Shown here one piece after another: positions 53,981-64,000 of a stretch of DNA of 64,000 bases. The position numbers and the translations under genes were made by a program. The notes under the pieces were generated by a model. That model was not told the origin of the DNA. It worked only from the letters and a program-made list of their open reading frames with translations, and searched no databases. The stretch covers positions 2,604,001 to 2,668,000 of the forward strand of contig NC_043004.1 of NCBI RefSeq assembly GCF_006345805.1, read 5' to 3'. This DNA is from Octopus sinensis (Eukaryota). The stretch's first letter is position 1; every line of letters begins with the position of its first letter.

Positions 53981-56326
53981 AAGGAATTGCTGCTAGTTAA
54001 TTTTATCAATTTAGTGAGTCGAGAGATCATTTGAAAGACTAGGTTCGTATGAAAATTAATTGAAATAAAAGAATTCCTTGGCATAAAAAAGATTTTGGTC
54101 TTATGAGATATCCTTAGCAAAAATATTTGCGTGGGTGTATGATATTATACACACGTAGTTAAGGAGAATTAGTATTATATTTGCCATTGACCAGTGCTAC
54201 CTATTTTCTCCCTGTATGAGCATTTAAAGTTGACTGTTAATGGTCACGGCTTTAAGTATGCTAACTGGCTTTATTTTCCATGCGGATAATATATCTGAAT
54301 AATTTCTCACGAGAATTTAATATCTAAATTATATTTTCACATCAGTTTGAGTAATTCTTTTATCATTATTTAATGATTCTTTCATCACTAATTAAGCAAA
54401 TACGTCGAAGGCCATGTTTCGCTGACGATGTTTAATAAGATCGGATACACAGAATTGTCTCCCTTACCTACTACAATAATTTTAAAATATTCCTTATTCA
54501 TTAACACTGAGTTTCCTCATACATAAGTTAATGTATTTGTTTAATGCTCCCAGCATTAATATATTAACATTAACTGCTGTTTTTTTTTTGTTTTGTTTTT
54601 GTTTTTTTGCTTATCACATTTCTAATTAAGTTTTCTTATTTCTAGTATAAAGTATTTATAAAGTATATGTCATGCATGGTACTTTCCTGTTATTGTGGAA
54701 TAGTTCACCATAGTAACCAAATTTCTGTTCTGTCTATCTTTTCCAGCGATTCTAGCAGATGTTGCCACTGTATTAAGTATTGTATTACATCTACATCTGC
54801 TGTAATATAAGTCATTTCAAGTTAGATTTTAACAGACAGCTTTAGAAGGAAAACGCGTGAAAAAAGAGAAAATCTTGCGTTCTGGTTGCAGGATGGAATA
54901 TGACAACAATGGATTGTATCGAAGGCGACGAAAGAACTTGGGATGGTCATCTGAAATGGAAGCGAGGAGTTGAACAGATGCTAACTAATAGAACTAAATC
55001 CATCAATCAAGAAGAAATAAATGCTTGTTAAAAATGATTTCAGATGAGAATAAAACACTTTATTGAACAGTTTTGAGGCCATGACTTCTTTTTTGCTCTC
55101 CCTCCTCTTTTCCCCTTTCCATTTATATCACACCACATACGTTCTCTTCCTTTCTCTCTTATCCTCTCCTTCATTAACTTTATTATTCTCCTCTATTCCA
55201 TTCGGATTTTGGTTTCGTTTTTATTTTTATTTTTATTTTTATCTTCCTCATTTTTCGAAACTATCCCCCACTATGTCTTCCGCCTAACAGACGTTTCCCT
55301 CCGACTCTATTATCACTTTCTAGCGGTCACTGCCAGTACTTCTAGCAACGATTTAAAATAGATTTGCAAACAAAAACAATTCGAGACAATTTTTTTTTTC
55401 TTTTGTAAAAGATTGAACAAAAACAAACGAAAGGGACGTCTACATTTTTTTATATATATATTTTCAATTATTCTTTTATTTGTTGTATTTATTTATTGTT
55501 TGGTTTCACTGTTTAGACGCTGCATACAAATCCCATTTAGAGTGGCATTGTTACAGCGGGAATCACATCATATTGGATTATCGACAAGGTCATCTCAATG
55601 ATTACCTGTGAAACAATACCAACTCTATGCTATTTATTAGTTTTCCATGAGACGTCAGAACAGGTCGATGTTTCAGCTGAAACCCTTTTTTTTTTTTTCA
55701 TTTTTTGTTATATATATTTTCATTTTTTTTCTTCTTTTTATTTCCTTTTCTTGGATTCTACTCGACGTATCGCTCGCTTTTCACAACGCAACAAACACAA
55801 ATGACTTCTATTGGCAGACGCGTTGATAAAAGGATTATGGTCTCTAAATAAACTCTTCCTAAATATAAAGAAAATACAGCAACACTACTAATTTGAAACA
55901 TAAAAAACCAATACATTCTTTTTTCATTATGAACCCCAGCCCCTCCTCACTTTTTGCTACGATCCAAAGTCTTTTCTCTTTGCTCACTTTCATATTTCTC
56001 TTTTCTAATCTACGCACTCATTCAATGAGTTGATATTTTCCCTCCTATCGCTCTACTAGCAGTTTGATTTATTTCCATCTTCAACTTCCTCTCATTATTC
56101 TTCATATAAAATACAACAAAATAACCTTGGCAACGTGTCACTGATCTGAAAAGGGTCAGAGCTTGTCACCTTATTTAAACTCTTTTATATTTTTATATTC
56201 TTAAGGCATTTGGCAGATAAAATATTTAGCAGGACGAGTTTATGTCGATACTGAAAAAGGCGTAAAACAAACAGATTCGGCGTCGCAGCGATAGGTTTCA
56301 GACATATTTAACAGCGACTCCTGCTG

Positions 56327-56505
56327 AACTCTTTTGCCCCAACTTTCTCTCACTCTCTCTTCCTGTTTCTTGAGTAACGCTGCGATTGACTGGCGTCCCG
56401 TCCAGCTGGGGGAAACACATTCACCACAGAAACCGAAAAGCCGGGCCCATGAGCCTGGCTACGCTTGAAAAGGGCGCAAAATAAATAATAAAAACAAGTA
56501 AATAA
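56327..56505 (+). mobile_element. 3' half of a family-A-related SINE (tail W)
   Basis: caactttctctcactct...gcgattgactggcgtcccgtccagctggg...aaataaataataaa. Confidence 0.65.
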
Positions 56506-56993
56506 GAATAACACAAAGTTAGTTTCTGAAGTGCTTTTGATGCTTCTTCCCAATACGCCATTTGTAGTGATAAGATTGAAAGGAGTTGCCTCGGCAAATT
56601 TATTGGTGTCAACAGTATTCTTCTAGATATGTGGGTAGTACTCTAATATTATTGATACCCGTACTCTCTTTAAAGAGTCAGCTATTCAGCTGGGACTTCA
56701 CAAGCAATTTTGGCAATGTTAATATATTTCCAGCATAAACTTTTATACCACCACTTGGCAATGACTGTCAATTCGGAGCCCAGTTAGAGTAAAATACATA
56801 GAAAATATTTCTCCTCATTTCCCCGGCTTGTTCTCCTTTTAGATTTACATTAAGCTGAAGAGCTCTAAGGAGAAGTTTAATTCTGCACAAAATGAGACGA
56901 ATGTTGAATCAAATAAATTTACAGTTCTATATTTAAAAGGTGAGGAACATTATTTACATTTGACGGATATTTGTCCTCATCTTGTTTGTTGTT

Positions 56994-57039
56994 AACACAA
57001 CGTTTCGGCTGATATACCCTCCAGCCTTCATCAGGTGTC
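56994..57039 (-). ncRNA. Consensus-like minimal type I hammerhead motif (H1), GUU triplet
   Basis: GACAC-CTGATGA-A-GGCTG(GAGGGTATAT)CAGCC-GAAAC-GTT-GTGTT. Confidence 0.72.
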
Positions 57040-57272
57040 TTGGGGAAATTTCGAACCTGGGTTCTCATTCCTAAGGTATTTTTCTATATCATTGTTATTA
57101 TTATAATTATAATAATTATTGTTATTATTTACGTCACTGCTTGGAATAGAACTCGTATTCTTGAGGTTAGTAGCCCGCGCTCTTAACCACTCATGCCATT
57201 ATGCTCTTAACCACTATGCCCACGGGCATATGGCATACTGATTAAGATTCCGAGTTCGATCCCTAGCAGTGA

Positions 57273-57319
<47 letters not shown>

Positions 57320-57360
57320 GTAATAGTAATAATAATAATAATAACAATAATAATAATAAT

Positions 57361-57770
57361 ATCTTGGCGAAAGAGTTTGACAAGCTCAGAAAATATAAAG
57401 ACCTGCTCATTGAAATTGAGAAAATGTGGCATCTCAAGGCGGTTACAATACCAGTGATCGTAGGAGCACTAGGATTGATCAAGAAGGGAACCGAAAATTA
57501 TATGAGAATGATCCCTGGCTTACCATCCCTGCAAGAAGTACAAAAGATTGTCTTAACTGGTACATCACACGTATTGAGAAGAGTATTGTCGATGTGAGAA
57601 CTATTACTACCCATGTATTGTAATTTAACTTTAAAAAAAATGAACGAACTAGTGAGTTTAGTTTAATGGCCTACCAATGTATACTGTGAGTTTCTTTGCC
57701 CTAGGAGTCGGGAAGACACTCGGCAAGAAATGGAAGCAAATTTAAAAGAAGAAAAAAAAGATAACAATAA
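57361..57770 (+). mobile_element. 5'-truncated Dong-like LINE inserted in (TAA)n
   Basis: ORF end, 3' UTR hairpin TTTCTTTGCC...GGCAAGAAA (57691-57730), A-rich end; TAA/CAA repeats on both sides. Confidence 0.8.
57364..57597 (+). CDS. C-terminal fragment of an R4/Dong-clade non-LTR retrotransposon (restriction-like endonuclease end)
   Basis: KLRKYKDLLIEIEKMWHLKAVTIPVIVGALGLIKK...QKIVLTGTSHVLRRVL matches the K..KY..L..E...W....PV..GALG...QK..L.GT..ILR pattern of RLE C-termini. Confidence 0.85.
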   Translation: MAKEFDKLRKYKDLLIEIEKMWHLKAVTIPVIVGALGLIKKGTENYMRMIPGLPSLQEVQKIVLTGTSHVLRRVLSM

Positions 57771-58763
57771 CAACAACATCGAAAAATACCTTTGGAATGA
57801 GAACCCAGGTTCGAAATTTACCCAAGGCAAATGATGAGGACAAATATCCGTCAAAGGTAAATAATGTAAATAATCCAAATAAATTTGTTCATAAAGCCAG
57901 ACTTCATATAATGGATTTAGTTTTGTATATCGGTAGATTTATATCCTGGCTTCAACTTGACAATTGAGCAGTTTTCAATCCTCGTTTGTATCACAAATTA
58001 AATGAATCAGGTTAAACAGAAACCTAAAATATTCGAGAAAATCTTTGCAATTATGCTACTTGCAGAATTAATTCCCTATCATACATATTGACGCTAAATC
58101 AAGTCCTCGAAAGACTTCATCAGAATTGTTTAAAACGTATCACAAACATCGGGTGGAGAGTTTTACACCTGGCCAGAAGCTCTGAAACCAGCTGGCTGCC
58201 TTGGTATGGAAGTTCACTTGATCAAATATCATACGCAATAGGTTAGTCATGTCATCTGTTTTTCTTTATGATTTAAAGTTTGCAAAGCAAATTAATTATT
58301 GGGAATTGGTTTTCGAGAAACGTCCCCGGCATTATTTCGTGGTGAAGTTATAAACAGTAAACTTAAGTCGTTCGCATCGTTTACACAAAATAGGGGTCAT
58401 TTTAAATGAAATTCTCGACAAATTTCCGAGCACCAAATGAAACAAAATTCGAAGTCGGCATCAGGCAGTCACATAAGTGTTCATAGACGGGAAGTTAACA
58501 TACCTGATACAGGTGTATCATTATAGGAAAATATGCTTAGGCATGAAACTTAATTGATGGTAATCACACACACACACAAAAACACGCATATTTACATATA
58601 CATATATATGGTCACATGCATATATATATATATACATGTATATGTATATGTGTGTGCGCCTGCGTGCGTGTACGTATGTATTGCATATACTGTACAAACT
58701 AAATATTTTTACCTTCCACATCCATTCATAGAAATAAACATTTGAATATATATACATACATGC

Positions 58764-58769
<6 letters not shown>

Positions 58770-58797
<28 letters not shown>

Positions 58798-60113
58798 ATG
58801 CTTGCGGGCGCGCGTGCACAGACACACAAACGTACACAAACACACACATATACTGATACACACATGCACACAGACATTTATACATGCAAGCTTACACACA
58901 TGTACTTTATGCACACAGATACATACATATGCAAGTACACCTATACACCACTACAGACATATATACAAACATGCTCTGTCTCTCACTCATTCAATAATCT
59001 CTCACCCTCTCTCTCTCTCTCTCTCTCGTCAGCGGACACCGTCCATTTCTGTGATTAAAGCCGAAAGCATTAAATTCGATATAATTACTAAAACTTCGTT
59101 CTTTCCAATAGAAATCGTTAAGTAAAAATCTCTCCTTAAAAACCCAAGAATCTCACAGCGGTTCTTTTTATAAGCAATGATATAAATAGTTTATGGAAGG
59201 AAATCTGAGGTGGTTGGCTTTGTAAAACATTCCGCGCCACTACAGTTCTTAAATGTCGCGAACCTAATGTAATGTGACAAACGTATGTGACATTCATTAT
59301 CATAGAAGGAAATGTTGCAGAAAATTACTATTTTAGAGAAATAGATGTTGTTATAAAGAGGCAAAATGAGAATCAGATCTTTTGCAAACGTCGAATTTTC
59401 CTTCAATGCATTCTGATCCTTATGCTGCAAAACATATGTGTGTGTGTGGTGTGTGTGTGTGTGGTGTGTGTGTGTGTTTATGCTTGCGGGCGCGCGTGCA
59501 CAGACACACAAACGTACACAAACACACACATATACTGATACACACATGCACACAGACATTTATACATGCAAGCTTACACACATGTACTTTATGCACACAG
59601 ATACATACATATGCAAGTACACCTATACACCACTACAGACATATATACAAACATGCTCTGTCTCTCACTCATTCAATAATCTCTCACCCTCTCTCTCTCT
59701 CTCTCTCGTCAGCGGACACCGTCCATTTCTGTGATTAAAGCCGAAAGCATTAAATTCGATATAATTACTAAAACTTCGTTCTTTCCAATAGAAATCGTTA
59801 AGTAAAAATCTCTCCTTAAAAACCCAAGAATCTCACAGCGGTTCTTTTTATAAGCAATGATATAAATAGTTTATGGAAGGAAATCTGAGGTGGTTGGCTT
59901 TGTAAAACATTCCGCGCCACTACAGTTCTTAAATGTCGCGAACCTAATGTAATGTGACAAACGTATGTGACATTCATTATCATAGAAGGAAATGTTGCAG
60001 AAAATTACTATTTTAGAGAAATAGATGTTGTTATAAAGAGGCAAAATGAGAATCAGATCTTTTGCAAACGTCGAATTTTCCTTCAATGCATTCTGATCCT
60101 TATGCTGCAAAAC

Positions 60114-60150
<37 letters not shown>
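58770..60150. repeat. Near-identical tandem duplication, period ~680 bp, bounded by (TG)n
   Basis: tttatgcttgcggg at 58795 and 59477; ...gcaaaacatatgtg ends at 59440 and 60120. Confidence 0.93.
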
Positions 60151-60153
<3 letters not shown>

Positions 60154-60523
60154 ATACATGCACGTATATATGTATGTGTATGAGAGTAAGTACATGCGTA
60201 TGTATATATTTATGTATACATGTGTGTATGTGCGTGTGTGAGTGTGCATGCGTGTATGCGTGCACGTGTGTAATGTGTATGCGTAGATAAACGCTATGGG
60301 TTTTATCAGTTTTCATCGAACCTTCTTTCATAGAAAGCGACAAGTTTATAATTGAACGACCTCTCGATTTCTCCCCACCCCTACGTCCCACACCCCGCCC
60401 CGACAAATACTTGAGTTTCAAATCGATAGTGGAGTGGAATAGTTGAACTGTCTGGGTAGAATATCCGAATACCTCCTTCCAACGAAACGTCCTGTAACGC
60501 ACAGAGAATATTGCTTGCGTGTG

Positions 60524-60565
<42 letters not shown>

Positions 60566-61080
60566 CACACACATATATATATACACACAGACACAGACAG
60601 AGAGACATACATACATACAGCGAAGGAGACGAAGTGAAAAACAATGAAAGAGAGGTACAAGCTCTCCATAAACGAATATATATATATATATATATTCATT
60701 TATGGATATATGTATGTGTGTGAAGTATGTAGGTACACATTAGGAGGTAGTACACGTGGACAAAAACATATCGACATGCGATATATATATATTTACATCT
60801 ATGGATTTTTCTACTTATGCATGTGTTTGTCTTTGTGTGTGCGCGCGCTTGTGTATGTGTAAATGATACCTCTGTATCAATTAATAACTAACCAACAACA
60901 TACAGTGCGACATATACACAACATTCTACGAAAACGGAGTCAGGGACACAATATACAATTATATATATACGTACGTCTAAATTTCCATGGTAATACAGAT
61001 GCACAAAATTACGCAGTAAAATGAAAAATACCGTAGTACAATGAAAACTACGAGCGCAGAGCCCTAGAACATTCTTAAGT

Positions 61081-61265
61081 ATTTTTCTCTATTCTAGGAA
61101 CAAGGCCCGAAGTTTGGTGGGAGGGTGCCAGTGGATTCGATCGACTCCAGTATGCCGACAGGTAAAGTCGACCTCGATAGAATTTGAAATCAGAACATAA
61201 AGACAGACGAAATACCCGGTAAGCATTTAGCCCGGCGTGCTAACGATTCTGCCAGCTCGCCACCT
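61081..61265 (-). mobile_element. Family-B SINE with internal deletion and 16-bp TSD
   Basis: TAGAACATTCTTAAGT at 61065-61080 and TAGAATATTCTTAAGT at 61266-61281. Confidence 0.85.
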
Positions 61266-62643
61266 TAGAATATTCTTAAGTGTTAAACATGGAAAAGTAC
61301 AGAAGCGATAATTAAGCCTGGGGAAGTATAGATCAAGAAGAAAATCAAAATTAATATATCACCGCTGAAGTTAAAAATTAAAAACTAAAATAATAAGAAA
61401 TTCCATTTTTAAAGTTTTTTTTTATTTTCACTTAAAAGTTTAAAATGAAATACTCAAGATGTTATTTATCTTCAATTTTAGTGAAAAGACTAGCTGCCTG
61501 CAAATTTACTCATGAAAAATATTTTACAAATTTATATATTCAAAAATTATAAAATAGTAATTTAAACAAAATTATAGTTCGTAAGTTTTATAAGAAAACC
61601 TAGAGTCGTATCTATATGTAACACTCAATTTTTTCGTTAGCCTTAATTTTTTTAAATATTTGTCTAACTGTAAATAGAAAATATTGCGTTATCTGATAAT
61701 GCAAACTTTAAAGAAATTAATTCTTTTGTTTCTTTAAAAAAGTTTATTTTGCTCTGTCTTGTACTCTGTTGAATTACATACATTCCACATGAGTTTAATT
61801 TTAGAATATAATATTTGTGATATCAAATTTTGAGCTAATGAGTTTTGTTCAGAAAATAGCATTAAAAAAGCCAATACAATTCTAAAAATAAAGCAGATAT
61901 GCTCTAGCTTAATAGAAAGAAATTTTTTAATAAATATATTGATTTAATTTTTTCAGATTGCAAAGGAAAGCAAAAAAAAAAAGTAGTGCGCATAACATTT
62001 GATGAGCAATTTTAGAAATTTATTTAGCAAATTCTAACTTCAGCAGCAATTTACTAAGTTTTATTTTCTTCTTGTCCTTAAATTTTCTGTACTTTTCTGG
62101 GTTCAATATTTAAGAATATTCTACGATTCTGCGCCCGCATTTTTCATTCTAGTCCGCTTTTTAACAGCAACTCTTCTATTATTATAATTAATCATATTTA
62201 CTTTTATAATTGAAATAATGATAATGATGTAAATAATTTTTTAACTACTGACTTTGTTCAAACTTAGAAATTTTCTTTGCCTAAAACTTAACGCAAGATT
62301 AATAGCAGCATATCTGGTATAAATATATTTTTAAACTATAAAATAATGTTATATTCTAATTAAATAATTAAGAATTACATTTTTAATGAGTGAATTTTTC
62401 ATTTTGTTATGTTTTTAATATGTATTATTAAAATATTATTAAAATATGTATTATTATTATATAAAATAATATATACAATGATACAAATTAATATTAAATC
62501 GCGAAAATATCATAAATTCTTTTAAGCTTAATGTTTTTTGATGAGGTTTTCTCCAAATTATTCGTCTCAATGAATTGTTTCTTTTGAGTTCAAATGATAT
62601 TATTTTTCTTAAAAAGACAAAAGTATTTTGCTTCATAAGAATT

Positions 62644-63078
62644 ATCACCTTCTTTTTCCGTCACTTAAAACCAATAAAACATTTTTGTGTCTAATATTTT
62701 TTGACAAGGTTTTCACCATTAGATTCTACTCATAAAGCTCTTTCACCTAAAATAAAACCTGAACGCAGAATAGCTGTGAAGATTTGCTAAATACCCTTAG
62801 AAAAACCGTAGGGAAGAAGCCAGAAAGTCGTTATAGAATATCGAACTCCGCACCTATCAAACTTCAGGTACGAACTCTCTACCATTAAGCCCTGTAGTCC
62901 AAGAACACCAGCTACCGTCTTTTATAATGTTAAATATCATAAAATGACAGAAATATTTTGATTTGTTAAAATGATCACCCTTCTTTTTTCGTCACTTGAC
63001 GTCACACCACATTTTTTGCAGCTAATAATTTCGACAAGGTTTTTCACCGTAAGATTTCTCTTATAAAGCTCTTTCAGT
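62644..63078. repeat. Diverged ~105-bp direct repeats flanking a tRNA-like head (62835-62900, minus)
   Basis: tcacc(c)ttcttttt(c)cgtcactt...gacaaggttt(t)tcacc...ataaagctctttca occurs at ~62644-62750 and ~62975-63078. Confidence 0.6.
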
Positions 63079-63243
63079 TGAACTATAGCTGATTGTGGAT
63101 TTGTATTTTGCTTCTTCTTTTTTCGTTATCGAACTGACTAAATACTGAATTAATCTGTTGAACAAAATCATGTTTCGAAAATAGGAATAAAACATTTCTA
63201 AATCTCTCAGAGAGACTTATAGTGTAGCAGCACGATAAAATGC

Positions 63244-63664
63244 TATGTTGTCAACTTAATGTGACATTCCCATAAAAGGGAAGAATGCTACTGTTATTTA
63301 GTCCTAGGAAGCACCGCTTCTTGTCAGCCTTGACACATTTACTGTGTCCTTATGTTTACAATGAGAGAGATAAGCACCTCGACCCAGCAAAGCCAGTGAA
63401 TGTATTTCACTTGGATTATTATATGTTTACAGAGGCAGACAGGCATCGACAGCTAACAAGCCATGCTACTCCAGACTGATGACGAGCAATGATTCAGAAA
63501 CTAGCTGGTTGCTGACTTTGCTGGGTGGAGGTGCTTATCTCCCCCTTTGTAAACATAAGGACGCAGGAAATGTTTCAAGGCCGACAGGAAGCGGTGCTTC
63601 CTAGGGGTAAATAGAAGTAGTATTCTTCCCTTTCATGGGACTGTCACATTAAGGTGACAACATA
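63244..63664 (+). mobile_element. H2 fold-back: 153-bp inverted arms with a hammerhead in the loop
   Basis: Arms at 63244-63396 and 63512-63664; hammerhead remnant CCAGA-CTGATGA-CGAG(CAATGA)TTCA-GAAA-CTAG-CTGG at 63471-63508. Confidence 0.85.
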
Positions 63665-64000
63665 CCACCACAAAAATAATGTTTGTTTCCCTTATTAGAA
63701 TGGAATCTGTTTCATGTTACATTTTAAAGAAATTAATAAGTGGGTTTGTTCTTTTGAATTTTGCTTTCTTCCGTGATCAGAGGGGTCGAATCCAGATTAC
63801 TTTCGTGTGTATTCAGTAATGGAAGTATATTTTCTATATTTGTTTTGTTTTAATGTTTTCTTATATTTCCGTTTGACATATTTCTTCAACTAATTAAAGA
63901 CATGTGTATTTATGTCGGAATTGTCTTATATCGTACCTGTTATATCTTGGGAAAATGGCGTTTTATGATATGAATTTTCAATTTTGTTCTGCTGAAGAAC

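Larger units (their letters stand above)
56921..57874. mobile_element. Head-to-head pair of H1 elements (56921-~57215 minus; ~57220-57874 plus, interrupted by a LINE and lacking its hammerhead)
   Basis: Palindromic centre TATGCCC-AC-GGGCATA at ~57215-57230; both tails point outward. Confidence 0.85.

Noticed and set aside
55670-55683. Perfect 14-bp palindrome GTTTCAGCTGAAAC
   Set aside because: Single, with no supporting context; expected occasionally by chance.
61945-62020. Candidate splice acceptor TTTTTCAG|ATTGC
   Set aside because: Followed by a poly-A run, with no convincing donor or open frame.

Overview
Eukaryotic, AT-rich, repeat-saturated DNA with no recognisable host exon. It is probably intronic or intergenic sequence from a coleoid cephalopod such as Octopus (inference from the microsatellite load and the tRNA-derived CORE/Meta-type SINE families; not checked against a database). 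Almost every ORF in the supplied track is a microsatellite or SINE artefact. The real coding relics are the C-terminus of a Penelope-like GIY-YIG endonuclease (53828-53980, -), the C-terminus of an R4/Dong-type restriction-like endonuclease (57364-57597, +), a decayed hAT (Buster/Charlie) transposase (~41790-42800, +) and a possible decayed LINE RT. The main hidden structure is a set of at least four, probably five or more, unrelated short repeat families that each carry a type I hammerhead ribozyme motif. They often sit as head-to-head fold-backs with the tails pointing outward. One family is a tRNA head + (TAA)n + hammerhead unit. It occurs as free SINE-like copies and also directly behind the stop codon of the Penelope-like endonuclease, which suggests a Penelope-like element whose pseudo-LTR carries a Pol III (tRNA) promoter and spawns a SINE. 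Another is a near-perfect 352-bp retrozyme-like unit. A Meta-domain SINE subfamily also inserts repeatedly at GGYATTYC inside its own relatives, and a Dong-like LINE has inserted into the (TAA)n of the hammerhead SINE. All structures were inferred by eye; no folding, alignment or database search was run.
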